Origin: Pirellulales bacterium
Lineage (GTDB): Bacteria > Planctomycetota > Planctomycetia > Pirellulales > UBA1268
DNA: 48,801 nucleotides
Assembly: GCA_044358905.1 (NCBI GenBank)
Contig: JBIKND010000003.1
Span: 1 to 48,801 of the forward strand
Direction: 5' to 3'
This document shows, in pieces, positions 45,571-48,801 of this stretch (its first letter is position 1; each line of letters starts with the position of its first letter). The translations under genes and the position numbers were made by a program. Under the pieces are notes generated by a model that did no database searches, was not told the origin of the DNA, and saw only the letters and a list, made by a program, of their open reading frames with translations.

Positions 45571-48500
45571 ATGACGGATGGTCCCATGATCTCGCTGCGG
45601 TCGATGGCCGTCGCGATGGTGTGCATCGGTCTCATCGCCGTCGGCCTTCGGGCCGAGGCCAGCCCGCCGGTCGCGCCCACCGCGGCCCTGTCGCCGGAGG
45701 AGGAGCGGGCGAAGTTCAGGCTGCCGCCCGGTTTCGAGATTCAGCTCGTGGCCAGCGAGCCCGAGATCCAGAAGCCGATGAATCTTGCCTTCGATGCCCG
45801 CGGCCGGCTGTGGGTGACCCACTCGGTCGAGTATCCGTTCGCCGCCCCGCCTGGAGCCGCGCCGCGGGACGGCCTCACGGTGCTCGAAGGCTTCGGGCCC
45901 GACGGTCGGGCGACCAAGGCCACCCGGTTCGCCGACGGCCTCAACATTCCCATCGGCGTCCTGCCGCTGTCGGTCGGCAATCCGGATGGCCGCGGCCAAG
46001 AGGTGATCGTCTGGTCGATCCCCAACATCTGGAAGCTCACCGACACCGACGGCGACGGCAGGGCCGACCACCGCGAGGTGCTCTACGGCCCATTCGACTT
46101 CGCCGACACGCACGGCAACCAGAACGCGTTCCGGCTCGGCCCCGACGGCTGGGTCTACGCCTGCCACGGCTTCCGCAACGCGTCGAAAGTGAAACTGCGC
46201 GGCGCGGGAGACGTGGTCCTCGAAATGACCTCCGGCAACACCTACCGCTTCCGCCCCGACGGCTCGGCGATCGAGCAGATCTCGTGGGGACAGGTCAACC
46301 CGTTCGGCATGTGCTTCGACCGGATGGGCAACCAGTTCACCGCCGACTGCCATTCGAAGCCGATCATGATGATCCTCCGCGGCGGTCATTACGAGAGTTT
46401 CGGCAAGCCGCACGACGGCCTCGGCTTCGCGCCGCTCGCCACGGGCGACGGCCACGGCTCGACCGGCATCGCCGGCATGGTGGCCTACGAGGCCGACCAG
46501 TTTCCGGCGGAGTATCGCGGATCGATGTTCGTCGGCAACGTGATGACCAACGTCATCCATCGCGATATCCCAGAGTGGCGCGGCTCGTCGCCCTGGGTCG
46601 AGAAGCCGACCGATTTCGTGTCGTGTGACGACTGGTGGTTTCGGCCGGTGGACCTGCAGCTCGGCCCCGACGGCGGGCTCTATGTGGCCGATTTCTACAA
46701 CTGCATCATCGGCCACTATGAAGTCGATCTGAAGCACCCCCGCCGCGACCGCCACCGCGGCCGGATCTGGCGGGTCGTGTGGCAGGGAACCGATGGCCCG
46801 GCCGCGACCGGCACGCCCTCCGACCTCACCCGCCTCGGCACCGACAAGCTCGTGGACCTGCTTGGTGATGGCAACGCAACCGTGCGGCGGCTCGCCTACG
46901 ACACGCTTCTCGCGCGGGCCTCCGCGCCGGGGGGTGACCGCGACGGTATTGCCGCTCTGCTCGAACGCGTGATCGCCGCCTCCCCTGCCCCGGCTGCCGC
47001 GTCGATCGACGAGCGACGGGCACTGGCCGTATGGGGCCTCGCGCGGCTGGGGAAGCTCTCCGGCGACACGCTCGCGCGGGCGGCGAGCGATCCCGCGTCG
47101 GTCGTCCGCGTGCATCTCGTGAAGGCCTTGGCGGCAACGCCCGGCTGGGACGCCGCCGGGGGAGATTTCGTCCGGGCGAAGCTTGCCGACTCCGACCCGT
47201 TCGTCCGCCGCGCGGCGGCCGAGGCTCTGGCCCAGCACCCCGCGCCGGCGTCGATCCAGCCGCTCCTGCGGGCGTGGCTCGCGACTCCAAGCGACGACGT
47301 GCAGCTCGTTCAGGCCCTGCGGATCGCCGTCCGAAACCAGCTGCGGGGGGCGTCGCCGGATGACCTGGCAGGCCTCGCGCTCGCCGACGTGGAATGGCTG
47401 AAGCTGATCGAGATCGCGGTTGCCGTGCCCGACGACGCCGTCGCCTGGTACGCCTTTACATCTGTTCGTGACCGCAATGCGGAATCCGATCTCATGAGCC
47501 GCTGCCTGTCGAGCGTGGCCCAGCACTGCGGCGAAGCCCGGGTCGATGAGGCGACGCGATTCGCCCGCGAAAAGAGCGGTGTCACCATCGACGCCGAGGC
47601 GGCAGCGTTTCAGTCGCTCTTCGACGGCCTGACCCGCCGTGGAGAAAAGCTCTCCGCCGACAAGGAAATCGGTCGCTGGGGCGCCTCCCTCGCGCCGAGC
47701 ATCCTGGCCCTCGTCGGGGAATCGAGCGGTGCGGTGCCTGCCTCCGGCATCGTGTCGCTCGCTCTCAAGGTGGCCGAGCAGCTCCGGCTCGCCGCGCTCA
47801 CCGGACAGACGCTGCGCGTGCTCGGTGACGCGAAGCTGCCTGACGATCTGCGGGCGACGGCGGCGGCGACCGCGGCCGCCCTCGACAAGCAGGCCGCGAT
47901 CGCGGCGCTCGCCGGAATCCTGGCCAGCGGCCAGGAGCCGCAGTCGCTGCGTCAGGCCGTGGCCCGCCAGCTCGGGGCGAGCGACACGCAACCGGCTCGC
48001 GACGCGCTCGCCACGGCGATCGTCACCGCCCCTGCGGCCCTGCAGCAGCCCTTCGCGATCGCGCTGGCCTCGACGCCGGAGGGCGCCGCCCTCCTCCTCG
48101 ATCGCGTCGCCGCCGGGAAGGCATCGGCCCGGCTCCTGCAAGACAAACAGGTCGTGAGCCGGCTGAAGGCTTCCGGGGCGGCCGGCGTCGATTCGCGGAT
48201 CGCCGATCTCACCCGCAGCCTGCCCTCGGCCGACGATGCCGTGCGGCAGGTGATCGCCCGCGTGGCCGCCGACCATGCGCAGGCGACGCCGTCGCTCGAC
48301 TCCGGCCGGGCGATCTTCATGAAGACCTGTGCGAGCTGCCATCGCCTCGCCGACGTGGGTGGCAAGGTCGGGCCGCAGCTCGACGGCGTGGGCCAGCGGG
48401 GCGTGGAGCGGCTGCTGGAGGACATCCTCGATCCGAATCGCAACGTCGACGAGGCCTTCCGCACGACGCTGGTGACGACGAGCGACGGGCGGGCGATCTC

Positions 48501-48705
48501 CGGCCTCAAGCTCCGCGAAGACGGCGGCGACCTGATCCTCGCCGACAGCACGGGCAAGGAGCTGCGGGTCGCCACCAGCGACATCGACGAGGTGGTCGTG
48601 TCGCACCTGTCGCCGATGGCTTCCAATATGCTCGACCAGATCGGCGAGAAGAACCTGCCCGACCTGCTCGCCTACCTGATGCAGCCGTCGACCAGGGCCG
48701 AGTGA
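45571..48705 (+). CDS. PVC-type heme-binding CxxCH protein (dehydrogenase-like propeller, HEAT repeats, cytochrome c)
   Basis: LPPGFEIQLVASEP, FDARGRLWV, DTDGDGRAD, FRPVDLQLGPDG, GRIWRV, HEAT repeats, CASCH, VGPQL. Confidence 0.92.
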   Translation: MTDGPMISLRSMAVAMVCIGLIAVGLRAEASPPVAPTAALSPEEERAKFRLPPGFEIQLVASEPEIQKPMNLAFDARGRLWVTHSVEYPFAAPPGAAPRDGLTVLEGFGPDGRATKATRFADGLNIPIGVLPLSVGNPDGRGQEVIVWSIPNIWKLTDTDGDGRADHREVLYGPFDFADTHGNQNAFRLGPDGWVYACHGFRNASKVKLRGAGDVVLEMTSGNTYRFRPDGSAIEQISWGQVNPFGMCFDRMGNQFTADCHSKPIMMILRGGHYESFGKPHDGLGFAPLATGDGHGSTGIAGMVAYEADQFPAEYRGSMFVGNVMTNVIHRDIPEWRGSSPWVEKPTDFVSCDDWWFRPVDLQLGPDGGLYVADFYNCIIGHYEVDLKHPRRDRHRGRIWRVVWQGTDGPAATGTPSDLTRLGTDKLVDLLGDGNATVRRLAYDTLLARASAPGGDRDGIAALLERVIAASPAPAAASIDERRALAVWGLARLGKLSGDTLARAASDPASVVRVHLVKALAATPGWDAAGGDFVRAKLADSDPFVRRAAAEALAQHPAPASIQPLLRAWLATPSDDVQLVQALRIAVRNQLRGASPDDLAGLALADVEWLKLIEIAVAVPDDAVAWYAFTSVRDRNAESDLMSRCLSSVAQHCGEARVDEATRFAREKSGVTIDAEAAAFQSLFDGLTRRGEKLSADKEIGRWGASLAPSILALVGESSGAVPASGIVSLALKVAEQLRLAALTGQTLRVLGDAKLPDDLRATAAATAAALDKQAAIAALAGILASGQEPQSLRQAVARQLGASDTQPARDALATAIVTAPAALQQPFAIALASTPEGAALLLDRVAAGKASARLLQDKQVVSRLKASGAAGVDSRIADLTRSLPSADDAVRQVIARVAADHAQATPSLDSGRAIFMKTCASCHRLADVGGKVGPQLDGVGQRGVERLLEDILDPNRNVDEAFRTTLVTTSDGRAISGLKLREDGGDLILADSTGKELRVATSDIDEVVVSHLSPMASNMLDQIGEKNLPDLLAYLMQPSTRAE

Positions 48706-48751
48706 GGCGCGGTGCATCGGCGCGCCGGCGTCAGGCAGGGGTTCGGGAGGC

Positions 48752-48801
48752 GTCCCCGGGCTTCCGCGCGGGGCTTTTTGTTGACCGACACGAAGCCCCC
48801 G
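48752..48801. repeat. REP-like copies (second copy cut by the window edge)
   Basis: 48752-48780 is 28/29 identical to 45432-45460; AAGCCCCCG begins at 48793. Confidence 0.7.

Overview
High-GC Planctomycetota (Pirellulales-like) chromosomal DNA, judged by DUF1559, DUF1501/DUF1553, LExLExR and PEP-CTERM proteins. 0.2-9 kb is housekeeping: kdsA, a lipoprotein, rpmE-prfA-prmC, an outer-membrane barrel and comEC. 9-13.6 kb is a decayed hotspot. It holds an Rhs/YD gene with two in-frame TAGs, two displaced Rhs fragments that each follow the same short motif, a nucleotidyltransferase between near-identical PEP-CTERM repeats, and an IS3 stub. 13.8-19.7 kb has cytochrome c maturation system II genes and an HTH membrane protein. 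20-40.2 kb is an all-minus-strand accessory block (DUF1559 pair, PEP-CTERM protein, NarL-type two-component system, beta-helix enzyme, two DUF4838 proteins, DUF1501/DUF1553). Five of its upstream regions share one 16-bp site at an identical distance from a -10-like hexamer, which suggests a local regulon. 41-48.7 kb has a MotA/TolQ gene with two partners and a PVC-type heme protein flanked by REPs. No CRISPR, tRNA or rRNA was seen. All family assignments are by eye from motifs; no database search was run.
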